Source: an uncultured bacterium (GTDB lineage Bacteria; Eisenbacteria; RBG-16-71-46; CAIMUX01). From it: a stretch of DNA of 46,934 nucleotides. Below are positions 1 through 8,986 of this stretch, piece by piece. The notes under the pieces were generated by a model that made no database searches, was not told the origin of the DNA, and saw only the letters and a program-made list of their open reading frames with translations. Location: contig CAZZAH010000001.1 of the NCBI GenBank assembly GCA_964652115.1, positions 5,669 through 52,602 on the forward strand, written 5' to 3'. Position 1 is the stretch's first letter, and each line of letters starts with the position of its first letter. Position numbers and translations under genes: made by a program.

Positions 1-289
1 GGAGGAAGCGCGCGAGTTCTACGCGGTCCACAAGGAGCGGCCCTTCTACAACTCGCTCTGCGAGTTCATGACCTCGGGCCCGATCGTGGCGATGGTGGTC
101 GAAGGGGAGAACGCTCAGGTGCGCGTACGCGACGTGATGGGCGCGACCGATCCGGCGAAGGCCGAGGAGGGGACGATCCGGAAGGCGGTCGGGGTCAACA
201 TCGAGCAGAACTCGGTTCACGGCTCCGATGCGCTCGACACCGCGCGCCAGGAGATCGCGTTCTTCGGCCTCGGGCTCGACCTGCGCTAA
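1..289 (+). CDS. ndk: Nucleoside diphosphate kinase, C-terminal part (5' end lies outside the window)
   Basis: Frame 2 is open from the window edge: [61 protein letters not shown]...[20 protein letters not shown]-like tail. This is the typical Ndk C-terminal half, including the NxxHGSD active-site His motif. Stop codon ends at 289. Confidence 0.9.
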   Translation, partial: EEAREFYAVHKERPFYNSLCEFMTSGPIVAMVVEGENAQVRVRDVMGATDPAKAEEGTIRKAVGVNIEQNSVHGSDALDTARQEIAFFGLGLDLR

Positions 290-294
290 GAGGG

Positions 295-849
295 ATGACC
301 CGGCACAACCCGTTCCTGATCTCCCTCTCGACGCTGGAAGAGGGAGAGTCGCACCTCGAGATCATCGGCACGGCCGAGGATCTCGAGATCGATCCGAAGG
401 TCGCGAAGCTCGACGGACCGGTCGTGGTCCGCGCGACCTTCTATCGCGCCGGACAGAAGGTGGAGCTTCAGGCTGTGCTCCTCGCGCGCGTCCAGCTAGC
501 CTGTGATCGATGCCTCGAGCCGGTCGAGCTAAGGATCAACGTGCCGGTCCGCGTCTTCGCGGAAAAGCGCGAGAGCCGCGACCATCGGCCCGAGGAAGAA
601 GTGCGTGAAGACGACCTGGGAATCGTCTACCATGACGGCCGGTTTGTCGATTTGACCGACGAGGTGCGCCAGGAATTGCTGGTGCAGATTCCGTGGCATG
701 TCCTCTGCAAGGAAGACTGCCGTGGGCTCTGCCCGCAGTGCGGAGTCGATCGGAATCGGGCCGAGCGCGACGGGACAGGTTGTGGATGCGGCGACACGAC
801 ACGAATGGCGCGCATCATTCGCCAAGCCCGTGATTCCAAGGACGAGTAG
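295..849 (+). CDS. yceD: YceD/DUF177 family protein (large-subunit rRNA accumulation protein)
   Basis: 184 aa with two Cys pairs (CDRCLEPV ... CKEDCRGLCPQCGVDRN) characteristic of DUF177. It holds the conserved position directly upstream of rpmF-plsX. Confidence 0.75.
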   Translation: MTRHNPFLISLSTLEEGESHLEIIGTAEDLEIDPKVAKLDGPVVVRATFYRAGQKVELQAVLLARVQLACDRCLEPVELRINVPVRVFAEKRESRDHRPEEEVREDDLGIVYHDGRFVDLTDEVRQELLVQIPWHVLCKEDCRGLCPQCGVDRNRAERDGTGCGCGDTTRMARIIRQARDSKDE

Positions 850-881
850 ATCCAAGACCGAAGAGGAGTAAAGGAACAACC

Positions 882-1061
882 ATGGCTCTTCCGAAGCGAC
901 GCCATTCCTCCACCCGCCGCGACAAGCGGCGCGGTCAGTGGAAGCTCGAGGCGCCGTCCATCTCCCGCTGCTCGCATTGCGGGACGGCCAAGCGCCCGCA
1001 CTACGTCTGCCCGCAATGCGGCTACTACAACAACGAAGAGATCCTGGTGGTCGAGCAATAG
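882..1061 (+). CDS. rpmF: 50S ribosomal protein L32
   Basis: Not in the ORF track because it is 59 aa. Hand translation from ATG 882 gives MALPKRRHSSTRRDKRRGQWKLEAPSISRCSHCGTAKRPHYVCPQCGYYNNEEILVVEQ, stop TAG 1059-1061. It has the L32 N-terminal signature and a CxxC...CxxC zinc ribbon. An AGGAG-like SD lies upstream (gaagaggagtaaagga). Confidence 0.9.
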   Translation: MALPKRRHSSTRRDKRRGQWKLEAPSISRCSHCGTAKRPHYVCPQCGYYNNEEILVVEQ

Positions 1062-1146
1062 GGTCGCGGCCCCGGTCCGAACGCGAAGACCAGAACCCCC
1101 GGACTCGGACCGGCCAACCACATTCATAGGTCCCTCGGAAACTCCC

Positions 1147-2190
1147 TTGACTCGCAATGGACGTCCAAGAGTTGCCGTTGACGCGATGGGCGGGGACCAC
1201 GCTCCCCAGCCGATCGTCGAAGGGAGCATTCTCGCCGCGGAGCGATTCGGCGGCGAGGTCGCCGTCGTCCTGATCGGCGACGAGCCCGCCATCCGTCCGC
1301 ATCTTTCCGTGGCGCTGCAGGAGCGCCTCGGCATCGAGGTCGTTCACGCGACCGAATGCATCGGCATGGCCGAGTCCGCGGCTACCGCGTACCGGAAGAA
1401 GCCCGATGCGTCCATCGTCGTGGCCACGCGCATGCTCAAGGAGCGAAACGTCCACGCCCTCGTCTCCGCCGGCAATACCGGCGCGGTGGTGACCGCGAGC
1501 CTGCTCGGGCTGGGGCGGCTGCCCGGCGTGGCGCGTCCGGCGATCGCCACCATCGTTCCGACCCCGACCGGGCACTGCCTCCTGCTCGACGTCGGCGCAA
1601 ACTCCGACAGCAAGCCGCAGCATCTTTTCCAGTTCGCGGTCATGGGAAACGTCTACGCGCAGCAGGTCTACTCGGTCGCGAATCCGAAGATCGGCCTGCT
1701 GAACATCGGCGAGGAGAGCAGCAAGGGCTCGGACCTGACGCAGCAGGCATACAAGCTGCTCGACGAAGCGCGCGGGCAGATGAACTTCATCGGCAACGTC
1801 GAGGGGAAGGACATCCTCGCCGGTACGGCCGACGTCGTGATCTGCGATGGCTTCACCGGGAATGTGATCCTGAAGTTCGCCGAGAGCGTGGTCGGAATGG
1901 CGGTGCAGACGGTGCGCCGTGAGATGGAGAGCAACCTCAAGTTCAAGATCGGAGCCGCGCTCCTCCGTCCGGTCTTCAGCCGGCTGAAGAACAAGCTGAA
2001 CTACGAGGAGTACGGCGGCGCTCCGCTCCTCGGCGTGGACGGGATCGTCGTCATTGCGCACGGCCGGTCGACCCCGAAGGCGATCATGAACGCGATCTTG
2101 GTCGGCGGGACCGCCGCGCGGCAGGGAGTCGCGGAGAAAATCGGAGAGGAATTGGCGCGTGAGCTCCAGCGACAAGAAGCTACAGGTTAG
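1147..2190 (+). CDS. plsX: Phosphate acyltransferase PlsX
   Basis: 347 aa. VAVDAMGGDHAP N-terminal motif, SAGNTGA and GFTGNV motifs. Canonical rpmF-plsX-fabH synteny. TTG start at 1147 is taken from the track and is uncertain by a few codons. Confidence 0.9.
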   Translation: MTRNGRPRVAVDAMGGDHAPQPIVEGSILAAERFGGEVAVVLIGDEPAIRPHLSVALQERLGIEVVHATECIGMAESAATAYRKKPDASIVVATRMLKERNVHALVSAGNTGAVVTASLLGLGRLPGVARPAIATIVPTPTGHCLLLDVGANSDSKPQHLFQFAVMGNVYAQQVYSVANPKIGLLNIGEESSKGSDLTQQAYKLLDEARGQMNFIGNVEGKDILAGTADVVICDGFTGNVILKFAESVVGMAVQTVRREMESNLKFKIGAALLRPVFSRLKNKLNYEEYGGAPLLGVDGIVVIAHGRSTPKAIMNAILVGGTAARQGVAEKIGEELARELQRQEATG

Positions 2191-3166
2191 GGAGACCTCG
2201 ATTCTGGGGACCGGTTCGGCCGTGCCCCCGCGCGTCCTCACGAACCAGGAGCTTGAGGCGCTCGTCGACACCTCGGACGAGTGGATTGTCACGCGCACCG
2301 GCATTCGCGAACGACGGATCGCCGATGACCAGACGGCCGGCTCGGATCTCGCCACGATCGCGGCGAAATCGGCGCTCGAGAGCGCGGGCCTGACGGCCGA
2401 GTCGCTCGATGCCATCGTCGTCTGTACCGTCACCGGCGACTTCGCCTTTCCCTCGACCGCCTGCCTCGTCCAGGCCGCGATCGGCGCGCCGCGCGCTTAC
2501 GCAATGGATCTCGGGGCTGCCTGCTCCGGCTTCATCTATGGAACGCAGGTCGCCCGCGGACTGATCGGTTCGCACCTCGCGGAGCACGTGCTCGTCATCG
2601 GCGTCGAGATGCTGAGCAAGTTCACCAACTGGAAGGATCGGGGCACCTGCATCCTCTTCGGCGACGCCGCCGGCGCCGCGGTGATGGGTCCGGCCAACGG
2701 CGTGCACGAGATCGTCGCCGTCTACGTCGGCGCGGACGGGAGGTCCGCCGACCTGATCGACCTACCGGGAGGCGGCTCGCGCCATCCGATCACGCATGAA
2801 GGGATCGATCAGTCCCAGCATCTTCTCCGCATGAAGGGGAACGAGGTGTTCAAGCTGGGCGTGCGTGGGATGGAAGAGGCCTGCCGCCGGGCGCTCGACG
2901 CGGCCGGCGTTTCCCCGAGTGAAGTCTCGCTGCTCGTGCCGCACCAGGCGAATCTCCGCATCATCGACGCGACCGCGCAGCGCCTCGGACTGCCGCCGGA
3001 AAAGGTATTCATCAACATTCACAAGTATGGTAATACCTCGGCCGCCTCGGTCCCCTTGGCGCTCGACGAGGCTGCGCGTGAGGGACGGTTGAAGTCAGGT
3101 GATCTCGTGCTCATGGTTGCTTTCGGTGCGGGGCTCACCTGGGGTGCATCGCTTGTCCGGTGGTAG
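2159..3166 (+). CDS. fabH: 3-oxoacyl-ACP synthase III (FabH)
   Basis: 335 aa. ILGTGSAVPPRVLTNQELE N-terminus, active-site region AACSGF, later HQANLRI and GNTSAAS motifs. GTG 2159 is preceded by GGAGAGGAA and overlaps the plsX end by 32 nt. Confidence 0.9.
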   Translation: MSSSDKKLQVRETSILGTGSAVPPRVLTNQELEALVDTSDEWIVTRTGIRERRIADDQTAGSDLATIAAKSALESAGLTAESLDAIVVCTVTGDFAFPSTACLVQAAIGAPRAYAMDLGAACSGFIYGTQVARGLIGSHLAEHVLVIGVEMLSKFTNWKDRGTCILFGDAAGAAVMGPANGVHEIVAVYVGADGRSADLIDLPGGGSRHPITHEGIDQSQHLLRMKGNEVFKLGVRGMEEACRRALDAAGVSPSEVSLLVPHQANLRIIDATAQRLGLPPEKVFINIHKYGNTSAASVPLALDEAAREGRLKSGDLVLMVAFGAGLTWGASLVRW

Positions 3167-3298
3167 CGCCCGTTGAGCGGTAGGCGCGTCGCGCGAGGCG
3201 CGCAATCTCCTCGTCCTGGCAGAGAAATCCGAGACGCCGCCTACGGTCGGCTAGGCCTTGTTCCAGTCCAGTGAGCAGGGTCCCATGGAGTGTAAGAC

Positions 3299-4243
3299 TT
3301 GAAGACTGCCTATCTGTTCCCGGGCCAGGGCTCACAGTTCGTCGGCATGGGCCGGGACCTGTACGAGCGCTACCCGGAAGCGCGCCGGACTTGGGAAGCG
3401 GCGAACGAAGTCTTGGGCTTCGATCTCGCGAAGGTCGCCTTTGAGGGCCCCGAAGCCGAGCTCAAGGAAACGCGGAATACGCAGCCCGCGATCTTCGTTC
3501 ACTCGCTCGCGACCTGGCGTGCGCTCGGCTTCGTCGCCGATGCGGACGCCTGTGCCGCCGGACACAGCCTGGGCGAGTACAGCGCGTACGTCGCCGCTCG
3601 AGCGCTCCGGTTCGATGACGCGCTCAAGCTGGTTCGTCGTCGCGGAGAGCTGATGTTCCAAGCCGGGCTCGAACGGCCGGGGACGATGGCCGCGGTGCTC
3701 GGGCTCGATGCCGAAACCGTGCGGACAGCTTTGAGGTCGGCGAGCGGAATCGTTCGCGCGGCCAACTTCAACTCGCCGGGTCAGGTCGTGATCTCGGGCG
3801 AGGTCGCCGCCGTCGGTGCGGCGATGGATCTGCTGAAGGCAGCGGGAGCCAAGCGCGTGATCCAGCTCGAGGTGAGCGGCGCCTTTCACTCACCTTTGAT
3901 GGAGTCGGCCGCGCGCGGGTTGGGGGAGATGCTGGCCCGTACACCGATCGACAATCCACTCTGCCCCGTCTTCACGAACGAGAGCGCGGAGCCCGTCCCC
4001 GCGAGCGAGGCGCCGGAGGCGGCGATCCGTCGTTCGCTCGAGCTGCAGCTTCTCTCGCCGGTCCGTTGGGAAGAGACGATCCGAGCGATGCTCGCGGCCG
4101 GCGTCTCCCAGTTCTATGAGGTCGGGCCGGGCAAGGTCTTGGCGGGGCTCGTTCGCTCGATCGACAAGGAGGCGCGAGTGACCCCACTCGGCACGGTCGA
4201 TCAGATCGAGGCGCACCGCGCGAGCGCCGGGACCACCGCATGA
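3299..4243 (+). CDS. fabD: Malonyl-CoA:ACP transacylase (FabD)
   Basis: 314 aa. The FPGQGSQ N-terminal motif, the GHSLGEYSA active-site serine motif, and an AFHSPLM-type motif are present. TTG start. Confidence 0.9.
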   Translation: MKTAYLFPGQGSQFVGMGRDLYERYPEARRTWEAANEVLGFDLAKVAFEGPEAELKETRNTQPAIFVHSLATWRALGFVADADACAAGHSLGEYSAYVAARALRFDDALKLVRRRGELMFQAGLERPGTMAAVLGLDAETVRTALRSASGIVRAANFNSPGQVVISGEVAAVGAAMDLLKAAGAKRVIQLEVSGAFHSPLMESAARGLGEMLARTPIDNPLCPVFTNESAEPVPASEAPEAAIRRSLELQLLSPVRWEETIRAMLAAGVSQFYEVGPGKVLAGLVRSIDKEARVTPLGTVDQIEAHRASAGTTA

Positions 4244-4983
4244 GGCACCAAGGCAGGGTTGCGCTGGTCACCGGCGGAAGCCGCGGCATCGGCGCCGCCA
4301 TCGCGCAGCGCTTGGCCGAGGAAGGGGCCGACGTCGCCCTGGTGGATCGAAGCGGCGAACCGGACGGTCCGGTCGTACAAGCGATCCTCGCACTTGGCCG
4401 TCGATGCGAGCACTTTCGATGCGACCTCGGGAAGGCCGAAGAGATCCAGCAGCTCGCCGCGCAAGTCACCGAGCGCTTGGGCGCCGTGTCTATCCTGGTT
4501 AACAATGCCGGCGTCACGCGCGACAATCTCTTCCTTCGCTTGGAAGACGCGGATTGGGACGCGGTCCTTGGGGTCAACCTCAAGGGAGCGTTTCATTGCA
4601 TCAAAGCTTTCTCGCGAGGCATGCTGAAAAGTCGCTGGGGCCGAATCATCAACCTGACCTCCGTGGTCGGGGAGATGGGGAACAAAGGACAGTCGAACTA
4701 CGCGGCTTCGAAGGCCGGCTTGATCGGCCTGACCCGCTCGGTGGCTCTCGAGCTGGCGGAGCGCGGAATCACGGTGAACGCGATCTCGCCCGGCTTCATC
4801 CGAAGCGCGATGACCGAGGTGCTGCCGGAGAAGGTGCAGGCCGACCTCTTGGCCCGCATTCCGGCGGCGAGGCTGGGCGAACCTGCCGAGGTGGCGGCTT
4901 TGGCCTCCTTCCTCGCCTCCGACGACGCACGCTATATCACCGGCCAGGTGATTCGCGTCGACGGCGGGATGCTGATGGCGTGA
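4240..4983 (+). CDS. fabG: 3-oxoacyl-ACP reductase (FabG, SDR family)
   Basis: 247 aa. VTGGSRGIGAAIA cofactor motif, NNAG, and YAASKAG catalytic Y-x3-K. The ATG overlaps the fabD stop (ATGA). Confidence 0.9.
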   Translation: MRHQGRVALVTGGSRGIGAAIAQRLAEEGADVALVDRSGEPDGPVVQAILALGRRCEHFRCDLGKAEEIQQLAAQVTERLGAVSILVNNAGVTRDNLFLRLEDADWDAVLGVNLKGAFHCIKAFSRGMLKSRWGRIINLTSVVGEMGNKGQSNYAASKAGLIGLTRSVALELAERGITVNAISPGFIRSAMTEVLPEKVQADLLARIPAARLGEPAEVAALASFLASDDARYITGQVIRVDGGMLMA

Positions 4984-5071
4984 TAGGGTGACGGGCCGAG
5001 AGAAGGCCCACGGGGCAATCTGATCACAGGCGGGCGAATCGCAGACGGGGGAGACCCCAAGGGAGGAGCGC

Positions 5072-5314
5072 ATGGAGAACTACGAGCAGAAGGTGAAGGA
5101 CATCATCGTCGAGCAGCTGGGAGTCGCGCCGGAGAAGGTCGTGCCGGAGGCCTCGTTCGTCGACGACCTCGGTGCCGACTCACTCGACACCGTCGAGCTC
5201 GTCATGGCATTGGAAGAGGCGTTCGAGATCGAGATTCCGGACGAGGCCGCGGAGAAGATGGCCAAGGTCGGCGACGCGCTGAGCTATCTGAGGGAGCACG
5301 TCGGGGCGAAGTAA
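5072..5314 (+). CDS. acpP: Acyl carrier protein
   Basis: 80 aa with the [19 protein letters not shown] phosphopantetheine-attachment motif. Strong SD (GGGAGGAG). Confidence 0.95.
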   Translation: MENYEQKVKDIIVEQLGVAPEKVVPEASFVDDLGADSLDTVELVMALEEAFEIEIPDEAAEKMAKVGDALSYLREHVGAK

Positions 5315-5402
5315 CGCTAGGCAGCGTGATCTAGGTTCGGGCACCGGGGGTTCGCCCCCCGATTAGCGGATGCCGCGTCCCTGGCTTACGCGAGGATCCA
5401 CG

Positions 5403-6644
5403 ATGCGAGAAAGAGTCGTCATCACCGGAATGGGCGCGCTCACACCGCTCGGTCTCTCGACCGGTGCGTTTTGGAATGGCCTGATCGAGGGCCGGAGCGG
5501 CGTCGGACCGGTCACGCGCTTCGACGCGAGTCCGCTCAAGACCCGAATCGCGGCGGAGCTCAAGGGATTCGAGCCGGCGCGCTACATGGAAGCGAAGCTG
5601 ATCAAACGCACCGATCCCTTCGTCCAATTCGCGATCGCGGCGGCGGCCGAGGCGGTGAGCTCTTCGGGTATCGATTGCGCCGAGCATAACGGCGAGCGAA
5701 TTGGCGTGATCATCGGCTCCGGCATCGGCGGAACGACGACCTGGGAAGCCCAGCATCGACTGTTGGTCGAGCGTGGTCCCGATCGGGTCTCTCCCTTCTT
5801 CGTGCCGATGATGATCGCGGACATGGCCTCGGGACAGGTGTCGATGCTGCACGGCGCGCGCGGTGCGAACTACGCGACCGTCTCCGCCTGTGCCTCGGGC
5901 GCGCACGCCTTGGGTGCGGCGTTCCACCTGGTTCGTGAAGGTGAGCTCGACGCGGTCCTCGCCGGCGGCAGCGAGGCGCCGGTCACGCCCCTCGCCATGG
6001 CCGGCTTCTGCTCCCTTCGCGCCATGAGCACGCGAAATGACGAGCCGGAGCGCGCCAGCCGTCCGTTCGATCGTGACCGAGATGGCTTCATCATGGGGGA
6101 AGGCTCCGCCGTGCTCGTGATTGAGTCGGAACGCCACGCGAAGGCGAGAGGCGCGAAGATCCTCGCTGAGCTCGTCGGCTACGGAGCGACCGCGGACGCG
6201 CATCACATCACGGAGCCGGCGCCTGGTGGCGAAGGGGCCGCGCGCGCGATGGGCCTCGCGCTCAAGTCGGCCGGCCTGCGACCCGAAGATGTGCAGTACA
6301 TCAACGCGCATGGGACCTCGACCGATCTGAACGACAAGTGCGAGACCCAAGCGATCAAGTCGATCTTCGGTGAGCACGCGAAGCGGGTAATGATCTCCTC
6401 CACCAAATCGATGACGGGACACCTGCTGGGCGCTGCCGGCGCGGTCGAGCTCGTGGCATCCGTTTTTACGATCATGAACGGCATTATCCCGCCGACCATG
6501 AATTACGAGAATCTCGACCCTGAATGCGACCTCGACTACGTTCCAAACGCCGCGCGGCGTGCGGACGTCGACGTGGTCGTGAGCAACTCGTTCGGTTTCG
6601 GCGGCCACAACGTATCGCTGGCAGTGCGACGGTATCGGGGCTAG
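5403..6644 (+). CDS. fabF: 3-oxoacyl-ACP synthase II (FabF)
   Basis: The track ORF starts at 5370. The in-frame ATG at 5403 gives the canonical MRERVVITGMGALTPLG N-terminus. SACASG active-site Cys, HGTSTxxND and GHLLGAAG motifs are present. Confidence 0.9.
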   Translation: MRERVVITGMGALTPLGLSTGAFWNGLIEGRSGVGPVTRFDASPLKTRIAAELKGFEPARYMEAKLIKRTDPFVQFAIAAAAEAVSSSGIDCAEHNGERIGVIIGSGIGGTTTWEAQHRLLVERGPDRVSPFFVPMMIADMASGQVSMLHGARGANYATVSACASGAHALGAAFHLVREGELDAVLAGGSEAPVTPLAMAGFCSLRAMSTRNDEPERASRPFDRDRDGFIMGEGSAVLVIESERHAKARGAKILAELVGYGATADAHHITEPAPGGEGAARAMGLALKSAGLRPEDVQYINAHGTSTDLNDKCETQAIKSIFGEHAKRVMISSTKSMTGHLLGAAGAVELVASVFTIMNGIIPPTMNYENLDPECDLDYVPNAARRADVDVVVSNSFGFGGHNVSLAVRRYRG

Positions 6645-6763
6645 CCAGGTCGGCCCGAAGCTGAGAGCTGGTTAGCCGGCGTCGCACGCGCGCGAGGAAG
6701 TGCCTTCCGCGCGAGGAAGGGCGGGGTCTGAGTCGAGCCCTTAGGAGGCCCCGCGAGCGCGCA

Positions 6764-7561
6764 ATGTCCTGGTTAGCGCCGATTCAGAAGCTCTTCGGGC
6801 GCCTAAGACCGGCGCCTCCCAGCCCGACCCCGGGTGAGGCCGAGGCGCGACTCCTCGCCCTACAGGATGCCTGGCAAGTCCGTTTCCGTGAGCCAAGGCT
6901 CCTACGCCAGGCCCTCACCCATCGATCGTTCCTCGGCAGCAACGGCGGCGATGCACGCCACTCGAACGAGCGGATGGAATTCCTCGGCGATGCCGTGCTG
7001 GAACTGGTGGTGGTGGAGCATCTCTACCGACTCTTCCCCGACGACCGCGAAGGGGACCTCACCAAGAAGAAGGGCCAGCTCGTCTGTCGCGATGTGCTGG
7101 CGCGGCGCGCGCTGGAGCTTCGTCTGGGCAACTTCGTGCTGCTGAGCGAGGCGGAGCGAGATTCCGGCGGCGACGAGCGGGAGAACATCCTGGCGGACGC
7201 CTTCGAAGCCCTGATCGGTGCCCTCTACCTCGATCAGGGGCTCGAGGCCGCGCGCGAGTTCGTTGAGTCCCGCCTCCTGATCAACACGGACGAAATCCTC
7301 CGCGATCCTCGCCGGATGAACTACAAGAGCGAGCTCCAGGAGCTGGTGCAGGCACGCTACCGTACCCATCCGCGCTACCGCGTCGTGACGGAGAACGGCC
7401 CGGACCACAAGAAGCTCTTTACGGTCGAGGTCACGGTCAGGCAGGTACTCCTCGGTCGCGGGCAAGGCTACAACAAGAAGGAAGCGGAGCAGAATGCCGC
7501 GGCGAATGCACTGACCCGCGTTTCCATCCTCGATGGAGACGCCCCCGATGCGGAGCTGTGA
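6764..7561 (+). CDS. rnc: Ribonuclease III
   Basis: 265 aa. RNase III signature ERMEFLGDAVLELVV, and a C-terminal dsRNA-binding domain (KSELQELVQ...GYNKKEAEQNAAANAL). Confidence 0.9.
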   Translation: MSWLAPIQKLFGRLRPAPPSPTPGEAEARLLALQDAWQVRFREPRLLRQALTHRSFLGSNGGDARHSNERMEFLGDAVLELVVVEHLYRLFPDDREGDLTKKKGQLVCRDVLARRALELRLGNFVLLSEAERDSGGDERENILADAFEALIGALYLDQGLEAAREFVESRLLINTDEILRDPRRMNYKSELQELVQARYRTHPRYRVVTENGPDHKKLFTVEVTVRQVLLGRGQGYNKKEAEQNAAANALTRVSILDGDAPDAEL

Positions 7562-7579
7562 CCCTCTCCGCATCGGGGG
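7542..7579 (+). terminator. Perfect 14-bp GC-rich hairpin spanning the rnc stop codon, followed by CGTTTAAT
   Basis: The 5' arm cccccgatgcggag (7542-7555) pairs perfectly with ctccgcatcggggg (7566-7579), leaving a 10-nt loop. Only a short T run follows. It lies between convergent genes. Confidence 0.5.
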
Positions 7580-7588
7580 CGTTTAATC

Positions 7589-7610
7589 GTCGGCGCGCCG
7601 GAGCGCCGAC
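7589..7610. terminator. Second short hairpin in the convergent intergenic gap (possible terminator for either direction)
   Basis: gtcggcgc (7589-7596) and gcgccgac (7603-7610) form a perfect 8-bp stem with a 6-nt loop. There is no U-tract on either strand. Confidence 0.3.
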
Positions 7611-7634
7611 GGCGGGGTGCCTAGGACGGCGCTT

Positions 7635-8945
7635 CTACAGCCGGAAGGTCGCACCTAAGTAGAATCGATTGTCCGTGACCTTCTCCACCGTCTTGGCTCC
7701 CGCATCGCTCTCACCGCTTCGCTCGAAGCCGCCGGTGACGTAAGCGACATCGAGCAGGATCGAGTCCTCGAGCAACAGGCCCGCGCCGAAGCTGAACGAG
7801 CGCCGGTCCGGATCGAGCTTGGCGAACTCGGCGACGCCTCGGAAGACGTCGGTCGCGATCGGCCGATAGGCCACCGGCTCGCGCGAGTATCCGGCGCGCA
7901 AGCGTAGGGGAAGCTGCTGGAGGGTGTACTCCGCTCCCAAGTGAAGATTGACCGTCGAGCGATAGACGTACTGGCGATCATCGGTCCGGATCGGGCCGTA
8001 GTAATCGATCTCCTTCCAATCCGCGTAGGTCGCATCGCCCGACAGCAGCAACCCGCGTTTCAGATAGGACAGGCCAACCCCGACGCGGAAGGGAAGCGTG
8101 ATCTCGTCCTCGAACGAGAAGGGCCCGATCACATCCAACGTCTCCGGCGGGTCGGTACCAACCCGAAGAACGTCGTCGTCGCCGGTACCGTCGAGGGTGA
8201 ACTGCTCGGGGAGATGCACCACGAAGCCGAGCCGTGTCTCGGGAGAAAGCGCCACCATCGCGCCGAGCGAGCCGCTGATCGCGGATATGTTGGTCTCGGT
8301 CCGCGTGGTGGTCGTCTCGCGGTCCTGCCCGTTGGTGTTTCGGTAGACGAACTCGCGGTCGCGGTCCGAGCTTCCCGAATAGATCGTCCCGGTGACTCCA
8401 AGCATCAACCGAGGTGAGGCGGAGAAGGCAAAGCCCGCCTGATAAGCGCCCAGGCTTCCGTCTTCGAGAATGGACTCGTACTCCGACGCGATGTCGCCGC
8501 CCGCCCCCTGGCGGAGGTAATCCTGGTCGAGATTTGAAACTCGCTCGTACGCGAAGCCGACGACCAAACTGCCGCGATAGGTGGGAAAGGGATATGCGAA
8601 GCCGAGTGATTGAATGCGGCCCTTGTCGAGCGGCACCTCGTGGGTCTCGCCCAGATAGGTGTTTCGGCTCGTGACGGAACGGCTTTCCAGCGAAGCGCCG
8701 AATTCCACTCGCTGAACTTGCGCCAGTCCGCCGGGATTGATGTTCAGGGCGTGATAGTCCTCGGCCACCCCGATGTAGGCGGATCCCATCCCTAGCGCTC
8801 GCACCCCGACGCCGGGGCGGTTCACGATCGGGATGTCGGGTTGGATGACGGCGAGTGCGGATCCGAGAGTCGAGATACTACCGATCAGTGCGGCGGCGGC
8901 TCCTCCCGCGAGGGCCCGTACGCGTCGCGTGGGAATCACGGACAC
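7635..8945 (-). CDS. Outer-membrane beta-barrel protein, FadL / PorV-PorQ-like family
   Basis: The track ORF (to 9176) has an Arg-rich N-terminal extension that overlaps the upstream gene. GTG at 8945 (or 8939), just after AAGGGAG, gives a signal peptide (VSVIPTRRVRALAGGAAAALIGSISTLGSALA). Next comes GVRALGMGSAYIGVAEDYHALNINPGGLA, which resembles the N-terminal motif shared by FadL and PorV family barrels. The rest has alternating beta-strand character, with a C-terminal YLGATFRL. Confidence 0.6.
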   Translation of the reverse strand: MSVIPTRRVRALAGGAAAALIGSISTLGSALAVIQPDIPIVNRPGVGVRALGMGSAYIGVAEDYHALNINPGGLAQVQRVEFGASLESRSVTSRNTYLGETHEVPLDKGRIQSLGFAYPFPTYRGSLVVGFAYERVSNLDQDYLRQGAGGDIASEYESILEDGSLGAYQAGFAFSASPRLMLGVTGTIYSGSSDRDREFVYRNTNGQDRETTTTRTETNISAISGSLGAMVALSPETRLGFVVHLPEQFTLDGTGDDDVLRVGTDPPETLDVIGPFSFEDEITLPFRVGVGLSYLKRGLLLSGDATYADWKEIDYYGPIRTDDRQYVYRSTVNLHLGAEYTLQQLPLRLRAGYSREPVAYRPIATDVFRGVAEFAKLDPDRRSFSFGAGLLLEDSILLDVAYVTGGFERSGESDAGAKTVEKVTDNRFYLGATFRL

Positions 8946-8986
8946 TCCCTTCCTTTTGGCCTTCCGCTGGAGCTCGACCCCAGTCG

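Noticed and set aside
529-2433. 634-aa minus-strand ORF antisense to yceD, rpmF and plsX. Similar very long antisense or alternate-frame ORFs occur elsewhere: 4201..5073 minus, 5331..6608 minus, 14729..15862 minus, 20071..21303 minus, 23404..25284 minus, 25387..26970 minus, 30460..32814 minus, 36881..38701 minus, 43698..45761 minus.
   Set aside because: All lie opposite or out of frame to genes with unmistakable family signatures. Their translations are Arg/Gly/Ala/Pro/Asp-rich with no recognisable motifs. Long spurious open frames are expected in DNA this GC-rich because stop codons are AT-rich.
5345-5361. GGGGG-TTCG-CCCCC mini-hairpin between acpP and fabF, considered as a terminator.
   Set aside because: The stem is only 5 bp with no U-tract. 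At most it is a weak attenuator and is not supportable as a feature.
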